From: Scyliorhinus canicula
Lineage: Eukaryota
DNA length: 64,000 nucleotides
NCBI RefSeq assembly: GCF_902713615.1
Contig: NC_052156.1
Location: 129,146,407 to 129,210,406, forward strand
Reading direction: 5' to 3'
The translations under genes and the position numbers were made by a program. Every line of letters begins with the position of its first letter. Position 1 is the first letter of the stretch. Below are positions 25,036 through 37,565 of the stretch, in pieces. The notes beneath the pieces are model-generated. The model worked only from the letters and a program-made list of their open reading frames with translations. It did no database searches and was not told the DNA's origin.

Positions 25036-26075
25036 TATCATCACACTTTAGCAATACCCAGTGCATCAGCTCCCTATGTCTACCTTTGCATTTACTGCCA
25101 GAAACAAATGCAAAACAGATTAAGATATTTATCCACCTTAACTCCACTACATGATTTATTTTTTAAAAACTTAATTTTAAGGAAGCAAAATTAGCTTGTT
25201 TTTTTCATATGCTTATTCACAAGCATGCAAATATTCTATTCCCATTCTCTTCATGGAAAATGCCAGACGCTAATTTCTAAGATAGCAGTTTGTACATCTA
25301 GAAAAACTGTTGGCTGGTGAGGATGAGCATCAGTATCTACAAATTGAATGAAAAAGCTCTCCATGTTTGCATGGTAGGCAGAACATATTTCAATTGAATT
25401 GGTGTGACACAGTGATGGCTTATATACGTTCCAACCTGTGCTGCTCGTATCATAAGTTCCTGTTATTAGCTTGACAAACAAAGCAAAATGAAGGCCCACA
25501 GAGAAGAAGGATTGGAAATTTAGAGACTATGTCCACCTCCTGGCTGTCAACTGTTTGATTAACTTTGGCTCAGGCCTGGAGATGGGTTGCTGTCATCCTC
25601 GGAATTGCACATGGCAGTGGGCCTGAATACAAGAAAGAAAAGAGACAAATCAAATAGATGTGCATCAGCCAGTCCTGTCTTTTTTTTGCAAATCAGAAAG
25701 AAATAACTGAATAACTCTGTTTGTCAATCAAGGCTATGTTCCCAAATCAGCACAAGAGTATTTGTTCATACCATAACACTGAACACTTTCACTAATGTCC
25801 ACTTGGATAGTTTAAGATCAAATTGTCAAAATTTGATGAGTTTGCCAGCTCAAAAATGTTCATACCTTATTAAAATCCTAAATATCTGTTGTCATCTTGT
25901 GCTTTCCCCAGAAAATGTATATTTATGGAACTGTTGGAATGATGTTATGTGGTTTCGGAGATTCTCCAAAGATTTTATAACAAATATAGTTTGAATGCTC
26001 ACTATTTCTGCTTGCTGAGGGACTTTTAGTTTTTTAAAAAGCTTAAATTCATAATTATGTTACGCAATTTCAAAA

Positions 26076-26291
26076 GTTTTTTTTATAAATTTGGAGTACC
26101 CAATTCATTTTTTCCAATTAAGGAGCAATTTAGCGTGGCCAATCCACCGACCCTGCACAGCTTTGGGTTGTGGGTGCGAAAGCTACGCAAACACGGGGAG
26201 AATGTGCAAACTCCACATGACCCAGAGTCGGGATCGAACCTGGGACCTCGGCGCAGTGAGGCAGCAGTACACTGCGCCACCGTGCTGCCCT
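26076..26291 (-). mobile_element. Short V-SINE with A-tail and 13-bp TSD
   Basis: TSD cgcaatttcaaaa at 26063-26075 and 26292-26304; poly-T at the left end. Confidence 0.9.
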
Positions 26292-27405
26292 CGCAATTTC
26301 AAAAATTGATGCATTAGGAGTCTTGTTCAGTAAACTGAAATGCTATTGCTATGTAGTGGATTCAGTACTACTTACTGCAGATATTTCATTAATAAAACTC
26401 AATTCTGTTCGCTGCATGAAGGTGGGGATTGAGACAGCACTACTGGAGTCGTTGAACTTGGTCATTTTGTATAAACTATTTTTCAGAGAAATTTATGATA
26501 TGCTGTAGGACCATTAATGCAGTGTTACATTTGTTCGATGTGCTGGATATTGAATTGGACACTCATTTTGATTTCTGTCCGTAAAATTGGTATTGGTGTT
26601 GTTAAATTTAGGCAATTTATACGTTTTGCTATCATTGCAGTGGAAAGATACTGTGTAACATAATGGAGACTTGCAGATTGCACGTTTGTAGTTCATCGAT
26701 TAACATTTTGTAGCTGGTTCAATTAGATTTTGCTGTCATCTAGTACACTCACTTTGCAATTGAGGACGTTTGAATTAAAGAGACCAAATATTTTGTGCCT
26801 CACGTTACACAATCTTGTGATATAGAGGGATTTGTCCTTGATTGACATGCTGTTGGTTACGTATTGAATCTTGCTGTCCTTGATCCTTTATGTTTCAGTA
26901 GCAAATGTGCCGACAGCTAGTGATGGCATTTATTACAAAAGGATATAGTTGTGTATCTATTCAGGTATACATTAGGAAAATGCAATATATTTTTGCATTT
27001 AATCAATTTTAATCTGCTATATCATTGTTTCATTAGAATATCTGCTCTCGGCAGTAGTTGTAACTCGCTTTGCTAATTTTGAAAATTCAAGAACAATAGT
27101 GAATTTGTGCAGGTACACTATGATGCTTTTTATTTTTACATGATTGCAATTTATTTTAAAGGATTCCACTAGGATATAGCCACTGTTTCTTTCCTTGAAT
27201 ATTTTATTACCCATCCTGATTTTTGAAAAATCACTTGCTCTTATTGTATTTGTCCTCAAAGTGGTTGTCTCTGAGATCAGTGCTGAGACATGACATTTCA
27301 ATTCCTAGAGTCGATCCCTCGGCAGCACTCTTGCTTCACTTGCAACGGAACATGTTTAACCCATTGAGACGGACTTGAATGTTTTTGAAGCGGTTTCCGT
27401 GTTTT

Positions 27406-28675
27406 ATGGATGGATTGGTTTATTGTCACGTGTACCAAGGTGCAGTGAAAAGTATTTTTCTGCGAGCAGCTCAACAGATGATTAAGTATATGGGAAGAAA
27501 AGGGAATAAAAGAAAATACATAATAGGGCAACACGAGGTAGACAATGTAACTACATAAGCACTGGCATCGGATATAGCGTACAGAGTGTAGTGTTAATGA
27601 GGTGGGTCCATAAGAGGGTCGTTTAGGAGTCTGGTAACAGTGGGGAAGAAGCTGTTTTTAGTTTGCTCTTGCGTGTTCTCAGACTTTTGTATCTCCTGCC
27701 CGATGGAAGAAGTTGGAAGAGTGCGTAGCCATGTGGGAGGGGTAACGCTGCCCACTTTCCCCAGGCAACGGGGGGTGTAGATGCAGTTAATGGATGGGAG
27801 GCAGGTTCGTGTGATGGACTAGGCTGTGTTCATGACTCCGAAGTTTCTTGCAGTCTTGGGCCGAACAGTTGCCATACCAGGCTGTGATGCAGCCAGATAA
27901 TATGCTTTCTATGGAGCATCTGTAAAAGTTGTTCAGAGTTAATGTGGGCATGCTGAATTTTCTTAGTTTCCTGAGGAAGTACAGGCGCTGCTGTGCTTTC
28001 TTGGGGTAGCGTCAACATGGGTGGACCAGGACAGATTTTTGGTGATACCAAAATTTTGGTGTACCCCTAGGAATTTGAAGCTGCCATCCATCTCCACCTG
28101 ACAAGGTTGTGTGCAGTACTTCGCTTCCTGAAGTCAATGACCAGCTCTTTAGTTTTGCTGGCATTGAGGGATAGATTGTTGTTGCTGCACCACTCCACCA
28201 GGTTCTCTATCTCCCTCCTGTATTCTGACTCATCGTTATTCTAGATCCAGCCCACTATGGTCGTATCGTCAGCAAACCTGTAGATGGTGTTGGAACCAAA
28301 TGTTGCCACGCAGTCGTGTGTGTACTGGGAGTATAGTAGGGGGCTAAGTATGTAGCCTTGCTGGGCACCGGTATTGAGGCCTATTGTACAGGAGGTGTTG
28401 TTTATTCTTACTGATTGTGGTCTGTGGATCAGAAAGTCGAGGATCCAGTTGCAGAGTGAGGAGTCCTAGGTTTTGGAGCTTTGATATGAACTTGGCTGGG
28501 ATTATGGTGTTGAAGGCAGATCTGTAGTCAATAAATCGGAGTCTAATGTAGGAGTCCTTGTTGTCGAGATGCTTCAGGAATGAGTGCAGGGCCAGGGAGA
28601 TGCCATCTCCTGTGGACCGGTTGCGGTGGTATGCGAATTGCAACGGATCAAGGTGTTATGGGAGTATGAAGTTCT
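27406..28675 (-). mobile_element. Rex1/Babar-clade LINE, 5'-truncated
   Basis: [19 protein letters not shown]...[18 protein letters not shown] and KTKELVIDFR motifs; tail cttttcactgcaccttggtacacgtgacaataaaccaatccatcc. Confidence 0.85.
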
Positions 28676-30619
28676 TGTTAATGTATTTGTTTCTCACCTC
28701 AGCAGAGCCATCTCTATTCTGAAGATTTTAGAAATTTAATTTAAAATAAAAGAGGGAGAGCTATATCGAAATTGCACTTTATTTTGTAACCGTGTTCCTT
28801 CAAAATAATGACATCCCCGTTAGTGTATGCACAGCCTGCTCATCCTATATGTTGCAAAGCATTAATCAGGCTGAGGATGAGGATGTGAGGGGATTTTTAT
28901 CCAAGTAATTGGGCAAAATGTTTTTTTTGGGAAATTTTTCAAGATATTTCCTTCTGAGGAAGGATAATGGAAAATAATCAAAAATCAGACCCCAAACATC
29001 CTAGTGATGTTTTTAAGGCTCAGAGTAAGATCAAGCCTGTAGGGCCAGATTATACCTCAGGAGGCAGCGGGAAGTCGAGCCCCAATGAATAAGACCACAG
29101 CAGCTGGCTGTGTGGAGTCAGTCAGGAAAGCTAAATCCAAAGTTGCTGAACCTAAGAAGTCTGTCAGACAGAAAGCGACCACTGACGCTCGCATGGAACA
29201 TTTGGAAGCGATGTTTCTGGAGTCAAAATGGCAGAAAGCAAGCAGTTGAAAACTAGGGTTAAAGTTCTGTGTGCCAATAACAGCATAGTAATGGCAGCAT
29301 CATTGGGAGGGAAAGTGGTGTTAATTGGTTGCATCAGACAGGAAAAAGTCACCGAACTTGAGCAGACCTGTATGAAGACTTGGCTGATAGTGAGCAATAC
29401 TTGGACTTAATCAGCTATGATGCTTATGCTGAACAGGAACAAGGGAGCACTGATTGAGTATGATATAGACATAGTCATCAAATGGAACAGTAGTTCCAAA
29501 TCCAGATTCTGATAAGCCACCCAAGATTGCTCGGGCTAGCCAAATACTGCTTTGGTCAAAGGTGATCCACTCATGGCAAACCAATCGGTTGGTTTTGAAT
29601 CTTTTGCATCCAGGTTTTCTGAGGTGGTAGAGTGCAGGAATTGCAAAGCCTCTTCTAACAAGTTCTCTTGAGGCAAAGTACATGTTAGAAACATGCCAGA
29701 AATACCTTAAGCTAGGTAATTGCAATTTGATAGCCCCTTGATTTGGGAAAACTTGAATCACTCGGTCCACAGTTTGGATGTGATGTGCCTGAAGTGTCTG
29801 AGACCTCTTGTGAAGGGAATCTTCTTGAAATCTACAAGTGATGGCATCCTTAGTGAAACTGAACATGATATTATTGCTCTGCCAGCCATTGCTAGCTTTG
29901 AGCTGAATCAGCTCAAGAAAGAACTAATAAAGGGACTCAAATAAAATCTTGTCTCAACTCAAGATGCACACATCTGTAGCGAGTTTAAAGCCAATACAGT
30001 GGTTGTTTGGAGATGATCTCCATAAGACTGGGAGATATAGACGATGAACAAAAGACAGCAGGTGTGTTGGGAATCCACAACCAGTTTTGAGCATGCTACA
30101 ACCCACATCTCAGGCAATGCAAGCAGCTTGTTTCCTCATCAGAAAAGCAAGAGGCAGATGGTTGCCATCCAAGGGAAAATGACCTCAGCCTAATTTAGGA
30201 TTTAAGGACCATTTCAACTATCCATAATATCAGCTGACAGGAATGGACTGGGTCAAAGACTCCCAGGGCACAAGTGTGGGGAACTACCCACTATTCGTGA
30301 GCTGTCAGACAGGCACCAGCTAAGGCCAAATTCAGAAACCTTTCATGCTCAGCAGCCTTTACTAATGCATCTCAAGTAAGCGAAAAGTGTACAGCATTAT
30401 TTTCATGTCTCGACTGAAAATGAGAATATTGGAAACCAATTGCACAGCCATAAAGATGCTTGGAAAGGTATTACATCGGATCAAAAGATTTTAAACATTG
30501 TCTCTGGATGTGAGTTTGAATTCAATAGCCCAGCCAAGCAAATTTTTATACCTCAGCCACACAAGTTGAACATTGAGGAAGTTAAAGCTGTTGAGGAAGT
30601 GTAATTGAAAAGATGATAT

Positions 30620-30825
30620 GGCTGAACTTAGTTGGCCGTTCCCACCAGCAGAACCTTCCGATCTGGCCAACGGTGAATCCCAGCTGTGGCTTCCCTGGTG
30701 GCAGGGGTACGTACAATGGGAAATTCCATTGACAATGGCGGGACCAGAATGTCCTTTCACTGGCTAATGGCAGGCTGCTCCCACCGCTGCAAAACACACC
30801 ACGGGGTACAAGGAAAATCCCGCCC
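30620..30825. mobile_element. Short MITE inserted in the DIRS RT
   Basis: ggctgaactt...ggaaaatcccgccc termini; DIRS coding motifs resume on both sides (KLLRK..VIE / KKDG). Confidence 0.65.
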
Positions 30826-31860
30826 TGTGCCTGAGCATGGAGACTTTGAAATTGTTTTGCTTGAATGAAAAAAGATGGTGAATGTGATTCTAGATCTACC
30901 AAATCTGAGCATACATATAAAATACCTCAATTTTTAAATGGACACTTTAGATGTTGCCGTACAATTCCTCAACAAGGGCTGTTTTTATGGCTTCAATATA
31001 CCTCAAAGATGCATTGTGTAGTGTCCCAACTGCAAGACTATACAGAAAATACCTAAACTTCAGATGGAAAGGGGTACCAAGGTAGTTCAGAGCACTACTA
31101 ACTGGGCTGAACTCAGGACCTTATGTGTTCACAAGTCATTGAAACCACCATTTGCAACTCGAGCAATGGTCACACTGTTGTGGCATATGTAAATGATACC
31201 TTGCTTGTTACCAAAACAAAGCAAGGAGCACTGGATGCAGTCAGAGAAATTGTGCAAAAAGGTTTTTAACATTGGTTTTGTCATACACCCAGACAAATCT
31301 GTCTTTGGCCCAGTAGACAATATTACCTTTCCATTATTCATGCTGAACTCCTCCACAATAGAAGCAGCCTCATTGAAGCAAAATCAGGCAAAATATGTTG
31401 TCTCAGCAGATGTTTGTTGGCCTCACATTCACCAGTAATATAATTTGCTGCTTCTGTCATTGGCAAATTAGTAGCTGCTTTCCCTGGTGTACAATATGGG
31501 CCATTGGATTGCAGAGAGCTTGAAAGGAAACAACAACAGGGTTTGAAAGAAAACAAAGGGCATTTTGGCAGGAAAATTATTTTCTCTTGCAGCTCGCAAT
31601 GAACTCGTGTGGTGGGTTGACAATATGTTAACGCAGTTAATAACGTTGATAAGGGGACAACAATACACAAGATAAGTGATGCCTCAGGATTAGGATGGGG
31701 TGCATCCTGTGTGTTGTGCACATTGGAGAACAACGAAATGCTGAAGAGACAGCACGAGCAGAAGAAAACAATTAATTATTTAGAATTGAAAGTTGCTTTC
31801 TTCAGACGTTTCTTGCTACAGACTTTTCTGTACACATAACAATCATGTACATATTGCTAT

Positions 31861-33104
31861 TGCGGTGAAACAGATGAAAGAAAAGACTTGTTTAAGCCGT
31901 GGCTCGGGAACTACAGTATCCGATGGACCTTGAGACTTTTGCGTTTGCGCCTGCTGGGAAAGGGCCACAATTGTGCAGTTCATCCATTTTTGCATCTTCA
32001 GGCCAGGAACCAGCCCTACGTATGTGCATGGAAGAAAAAAGAGTGAAACAGCATGCCAGGGGATCTGAAGAGGTGCACCATTGCAAAGAAGATTTCCCAG
32101 AGAGCAAGATATGTATGGAGAGGGGAGCAGGGAGAGATCCCAAACCAGGGAGTGGGACAGAAATAAATTCCAGAAGATATTCCTAGGTAAAGGACATGGA
32201 TGAAGATCAGAGATAGATACTGTTAAAGTCGAGGGGAAGGAGCAGAGCAACTGACTCCATATTAAAGGGAGAGAGCTGCAGGGAGCAGATTTGAAGTAAA
32301 GTGAACTTGAGAGGAGCTTCGAAGACCCAAGAGGGCATCCAAAGGGTGGTGCTTCCATGCTCAGTGTCATGAGGCCAAATGTACCCTTTTGAGGCCGTGG
32401 TGTTTTGCTTGACACGGCCGAAGATCTGTAATTGTGCTTGGAAGGTGAAGCTTGAGTGTACATGGAGATCCAGGAGAAAAGAATCTCAGGCCAGATTGAA
32501 ACTGTGGAGGTGAATCCTGTTTGAAACCATCCAAGTAAGAATGATGTGTAGAGGGGGAGAATTCCTAAGCAAGTTTCAAATGTGAAGATTTGAAACCCTC
32601 GTGAGAGACGGAGTTTCAGTGAGACGGTGGCTCACATTGCAACAAGCATCTGATTGGATTGATGAGAAATCTGCTTTGGTTGCATCTGTCATTCTTTGGA
32701 GTGTGGTGTGTCTGTCCACAGTTGGCCAGTTGATTCACATGTACTATATATTTACCCTGAACATTAGAGTATCAGACAGTTATGGTAAATTATTTTATCT
32801 TTCTGAATTTGCTTGTCTCTGTGAAGATATAGCTGGGGTGAAGGAATCATGAATATTTGTATCATTTCCTTGTGTTTTTATCAAGATCTTTTCAACCTTT
32901 TTGTCTGGTGTAATATAGTTCATTATTCTTGTTGAATAAGTATTTTATTACATTTGTTAAAAGTTTATCGGCCGACTCCTGCGAATTTGTTCAGTAAGTA
33001 ACCTCCATGGTTTCTTAAAAAAAAACAGAAGTTAGCATCTGTGAAGCTAGATTTCACTCTGAGATCTGACTTGTCAAGTAGAAACATTAGCTGGGATTGT
33101 TACA
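31861..33104 (+). mobile_element. Solo LTR (1244 bp) inserted in the DIRS RNase H, TSD CTAT
   Basis: TG...CA termini (tgcggtgaaa...gggattgttaca); CTAT at 31857-31860 and 33105-33108. Removing it restores the RNase H frame. Confidence 0.85.
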
Positions 33105-35164
33105 CTATGTACGTATATGCCACTGCAGTTGTGTTGTCTATGAATTATATGGTGGGAACAAAATCACAGGCATGTAATGAACTTGCCAAGATTTTCTGGA
33201 AATGGTGCATATCTAAAGACACTTTGGATCGTTACAAAACATTTGTCTGGTGTAATGGAAGCTCGACGGGATGGTTTTCTTACAACTCTAAGTTGTATGG
33301 GGAATGAGATGCTGATCTTTTTTCCATCACTTTTAAATGTATAGGTAGAAAAGTATGTTTCCTGTCCACCAGACCCAGATACTATGGCAAAATATGCCTT
33401 TTCAATCACTTTGCAAAGCCATTTTTTACTCTGCATTTGCCTGATAAGTGCTCATAGAAAATTCACAGGGGGGAAGCTGATGGTTTTATGATAGCACTGA
33501 GATGGCTGACAAAGTCATTGTTCGGAAGCTTGTTGAATTTACCTGTGCAAGAACCAGCTATTCTCCCAACAATTAAACGTTTAATTTCTCATGCTACTTC
33601 AAAAGTATGCCGCCTGCTTTACGAGCATCTTAACTGTATGGCCTGCAGGTTCAGGATAAACATACAAGAGAAGGACCTTGCAGCAGAAACTACCAGTATC
33701 ATCCTGTCTGCCTGGAAGCCATCGAACAGGAAGCAGTACACTACTTATATCAAGAATGGGAGTTTTTTTTTTAAATTGCCAAAAAATTAATCCACTACAA
33801 ACATTTGTGGAAGCTGTTACTGAATTTTTAACTCCATTATTTCACAGAATGGACTACAGTGCCATCAATACAGCAAAGTCCGCTTTGTCTTCCTTTATTC
33901 TGTTGCCAAAGGAGGCGGAGGTGGCGGTTGGGGCAATGAGGGCTCGCACCCACTGGCCACTCACTTTGTGAGAGATGTGTATTACCTCAAACCACTGTGG
34001 GATGTGAAGCCTATACTAGACTACGTCTGAGAGCTTTCGCCTGTTTTGTCTCTTGGTCTTCAAGAATTGTCAATGAAGACATGCATGTTCATTGATTTGC
34101 TGTCTGTACAGCATCAACAGACCTTACTGGACACAGCCAATGTGCAAAAAAACTCCGACATCCTTATGTTTTAAGTGAATGATCTTTTGGAGCAAAGAAC
34201 ACTAGGGAAAACTGGTTCCAGACTTGTGCTGAGATCATAAGCATCAGATCCATGTGTTACAAGAATATTTGTCTCGTACCGAACACCTTTGAAATAATGA
34301 GAGAAATACCTTTTTTGTGAAGTGCGGAAGACCGTTCAAAAGTGTGACCGCAGACACTGCAGCTATATGGATACATCACACAATGACCAAATATTCACAC
34401 CTAATTCGAAAGGCTTTGCAGCTGCATCTAAAGCCAATTTTGCCATGATCTTAGCTGTGAACATTATGCAATGCAACGGATGGAGCAACATAAAAGCTTC
34501 TCAAACATTTTGCAACAAGGACAATGCAAATACATTTGCAATGGCACTTTTTCAGGGCAAGAAAGTACGCTAGTCCTCGCTTTAATTGAGGAACATGTTT
34601 GTAAGAATGGTGCTGTTTCAGAATTAAAGACTTGGTGTTTTCTTTGGTTTTTAAAATTGGAAACAACATGATTCTAAGGAAAGGAAAGGTGCCTGAGAGA
34701 ACATCTATTTCTTTTCTACATGTACATGGATTTGCAACACGCAAACAAGTGAAGCACAATGTTGGGCATGGTATCTTCTGTTCTCTTACATGGCCATGGT
34801 TACATTCTTGTCTGATTTGCATTAAAAGTGTTACAGAAACCGTGAATTCAACTAGAGATGTTATTGACTGGCATTGCGAAGTCAAGAGTTTTGCTTTGAA
34901 AATCTCACATTTCAAACAAACATAATTGCAAAGTAAAATGGAAAGATTAAACAAGAACTTACCTGTTTGATGTTTGATCTTCAATTATGAGGGAGATGGG
35001 TGAGAGATGATGTATCTTTCACCACAGAACAGGTCTATATATTTGTACATATACTTTCTTACTGATTACATGTGCCACTCTTCACTGTCGAGTACAAATA
35101 CGGAATTGCAGTCGGGTTGGCATTGGTAATGTTTATAAATCCTCCTCTCCCTTTTAAATCTGGC

Positions 35165-35720
35165 TGCGGCATGAGCGGGAGGTCACATTGTTGGCAGGAA
35201 GGGGAGGTTAGGACATGAGAGGAATGGTTGGGGGAGCTCTAGGGAGGAGGGGGAATCCTGTAAATGGGCTAGTCGTGGGGTGGGTGGAGTCTCCTGTGGG
35301 GGGAATCTCCCATTGAGGGGGAATGTCTCGCGGGGTGGGGGGGGCGAGTTCCGTGAGAGTAATAATCATGGGGTGGGTGGTGTCTCCTGCAGGTTTGGGA
35401 GTTGGGAGGGGGGGGGGGAAAGAGAGACAGAGAGAATCCCGTTGAGGTCGGAGAAGTCCCCTGGGGGTTGGGGGCAGTGCCATGGTAGATTAGTGTGGGT
35501 CTGTGCAATAGTTACCCAGAAGCTAGGTGGTTTTAATTCTTCTTTTCCACGTAACTATTGATGTCAGACAGTTGGAATCATGTGAAGTTTGTGATTTAAA
35601 TTACATTTTTGGATGGTTCCCAATTCAGGGCAATTATCCATCTGAAGTGTGCATGCTCCATCCAGTTGCCGTGCAATCCTTACCTGGGAACTTTGACCAG
35701 CGGGGCGGTGCTTTCCCCAG
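35165..35720. repeat. G-rich MITE-like repeat remnant
   Basis: Abrupt G-rich tract resembling the interiors of the other MITE-like elements; termini unclear. Confidence 0.35.
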
Positions 35721-36487
35721 TTACACTGCCCTGGAGCTTTGAATGTACACCCTATTGTTAGTGTCTGGTACAGAATTACATTTAAATATAACTGTTGCAG
35801 ATGTTGGATATTCATCACCACATTAACGCAAAAGGCAGCACAGGTTACATTTCCAAACAGATAGCACTGGTTCAAAGAAATCAGAACCGACAGTGAATCC
35901 ACTGATTTGGCTTTCCACTTATATTAGCTATTCAGCTTTCCACTGAATCCTTCCAAGTGTTACTCAGCAGCTTTTTAACCCTCTACTCAGCGTAGTGTGT
36001 GGTTCGTGAACCAACGTCTCCACCCTCCCCCCTTTTAACTTTCTCTTTAATAAATCGTAGCAGAAAAACAACTCCCAGCAATTTCTCAATAATTAGTTCA
36101 AGAATTCTATCAGCAGAAAGGTAGGAAACACGCTCAAAAACAGAACAGAAAAGTTAAGAAGCTGAATAAAACACGCGTTTCTCCATGAAACTATATATCT
36201 GTTCATCAGTCTGAAGCTCGGCAAATTGGACAGTCGAACCTGGAGTCATCTTCGTTACTCTAAATAATGACAGGTCGCCATGGAGTTTTAAATTTGCATC
36301 CATTTCATTGGCAAGCAGCACTCTTGAGTGATTTTCTGACTAGGCCATAGCGTTGTTATATTTAGCTATGAATTAATATAGCCTCAAATGTCAAGTTTCT
36401 AAATGGAGAACCACCCAAAAGTGAGATTTTTCCCACCTTTCCATTGCTAAAAGGTGCTGTATCTGGATTGATGGTCAGTCAGAGAAA

Positions 36488-36625
36488 GAACTTGCATTTA
36501 TCTTGCACCAGTCACAACATCAGGACTTCCCAAAACCTTTTGGTGAATGAAGTTGCTTTGAAGCGGAATTACTGTTGTTTGTTCAGAAATGCAGCAACAA
36601 ATCTTCATACACTATGCTCCCACTA
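36488..36625 (-). mobile_element. Old SINE/LINE fragment with L2-type tail
   Basis: aacttgcatttat...caacatcaggacttcccaaa is the reverse of an L2-type tail. Confidence 0.45.
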
Positions 36626-37019
36626 ATTTCTTTGAGAACTCCAAAGAAGTTTATTTCCCAAAAAACTTAGCATGTGGAGCTCACAACTATAGGGATTCGT
36701 CACGGCAAATAGCAGAGATGTATTTAAGGGGAGGCTTGATAAATATGCGTGTGACAACTGGGAGATGCCAGATAATTGGATTTTGGGTAAAACGTCTAGC
36801 ACTGTGTCAGAGGTATATGCCCACAGCTGGCTTGAGTTGCATTGCCCCATTCAGACTTAAACTCATTAATGGGAATAAACAGAATACTCAACATCCATTG
36901 TCCTCCTGTGCACTGTGTCTGGAATTAGCCCATTACGGAGTCAGGTGGCTGCTTTTGTCCGTAAATTGGAGATTAGTTGCATATTCATTGCATGGCCCTG
37001 TTCTTTTATGTAAGCGGGA

Positions 37020-37565
37020 TGGATAATCAAAAGTCCAGATAGCAATGGTGAGTTCAAGTCTGGGCACAGAAACATCTTTAAGAGACTAGGTGGAGCTCAG
37101 AGAGGTAAAATAATCCTGTTCAACAGGTGAGAGAAGCAGAAGGATTTGTAGAACGATCGTAAGAGGACATGAAAAGACTGCCACAGAAACAAGCTTTCAG
37201 ACAGGGTCTGAAAGAGCCTCACCACCAGCGGGAATATGTTCTATAATGCAACTATCATTTCTGCCTATCTAAGTAAGTGGAGTTGAGAGCTGTATGTTTA
37301 TTTTACGTGCTGTTTAATGGGAAATTGTATGTTAGGCTTAAGCGATATATTAAGTTGTTCTTGTTAGGTTTGAAGTTTAAAAGTTTTAATATGGTTTTTC
37401 TTCTGTTAAAATAAAGTTTTGTTTGTAACAATAACCAAGTCCTATTTCTCATGCAATCACTCCTGGAGCGAATCAGTCTTTCTGTACAGTCTTAAAAATA
37501 AAAGAAGTTGCAGTTCTGGTCCAGTATCTCAGCCATTGTTGAGATCTGGTGCAGCATCCGTGACA
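37020..37565 (+). mobile_element. LTR-like remnant (3' part)
   Basis: AATAAA at 37410 and 37497; ends gagatctggtgcagcatccgtgaca, similar to the end of the 31861-33104 LTR. 5' end and TSD not found. Confidence 0.5.

Larger units (their letters stand above)
28690..35160 (+). mobile_element. Decayed DIRS-type tyrosine-recombinase retrotransposon
   Basis: In order on +: gag-like region (~29060-30100); RT MASIYLKDA (30987), GHTVVAYVND (YxDD, 31186-31197), GFVIHPDKS; RNase H SDASGLGWGA (31675), INYLELKVA, VGTKS..CNELA; MT-like YVSCPPDP; recombinase SAWKPSNRKQY, YSAINTAKSALS, FTPNS, GWSN. Hairpin ICR-like tract at 34903-35005. Termini are approximate. Confidence 0.85.

Noticed and set aside
31843-32463. 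206-aa ORF (-)
   Set aside because: Lies antisense within the solo LTR; low-complexity S/L/P translation of purine-rich DNA.
33660-34560. Phage-integrase-like motifs suggesting a prophage or bacterial contamination
   Set aside because: They follow a DIRS-type RT/RNase H in vertebrate repeat context and are the retrotransposon's own recombinase.
34451-34984. 177-aa ORF (-)
   Set aside because: Antisense to the DIRS 3' region; no motif.
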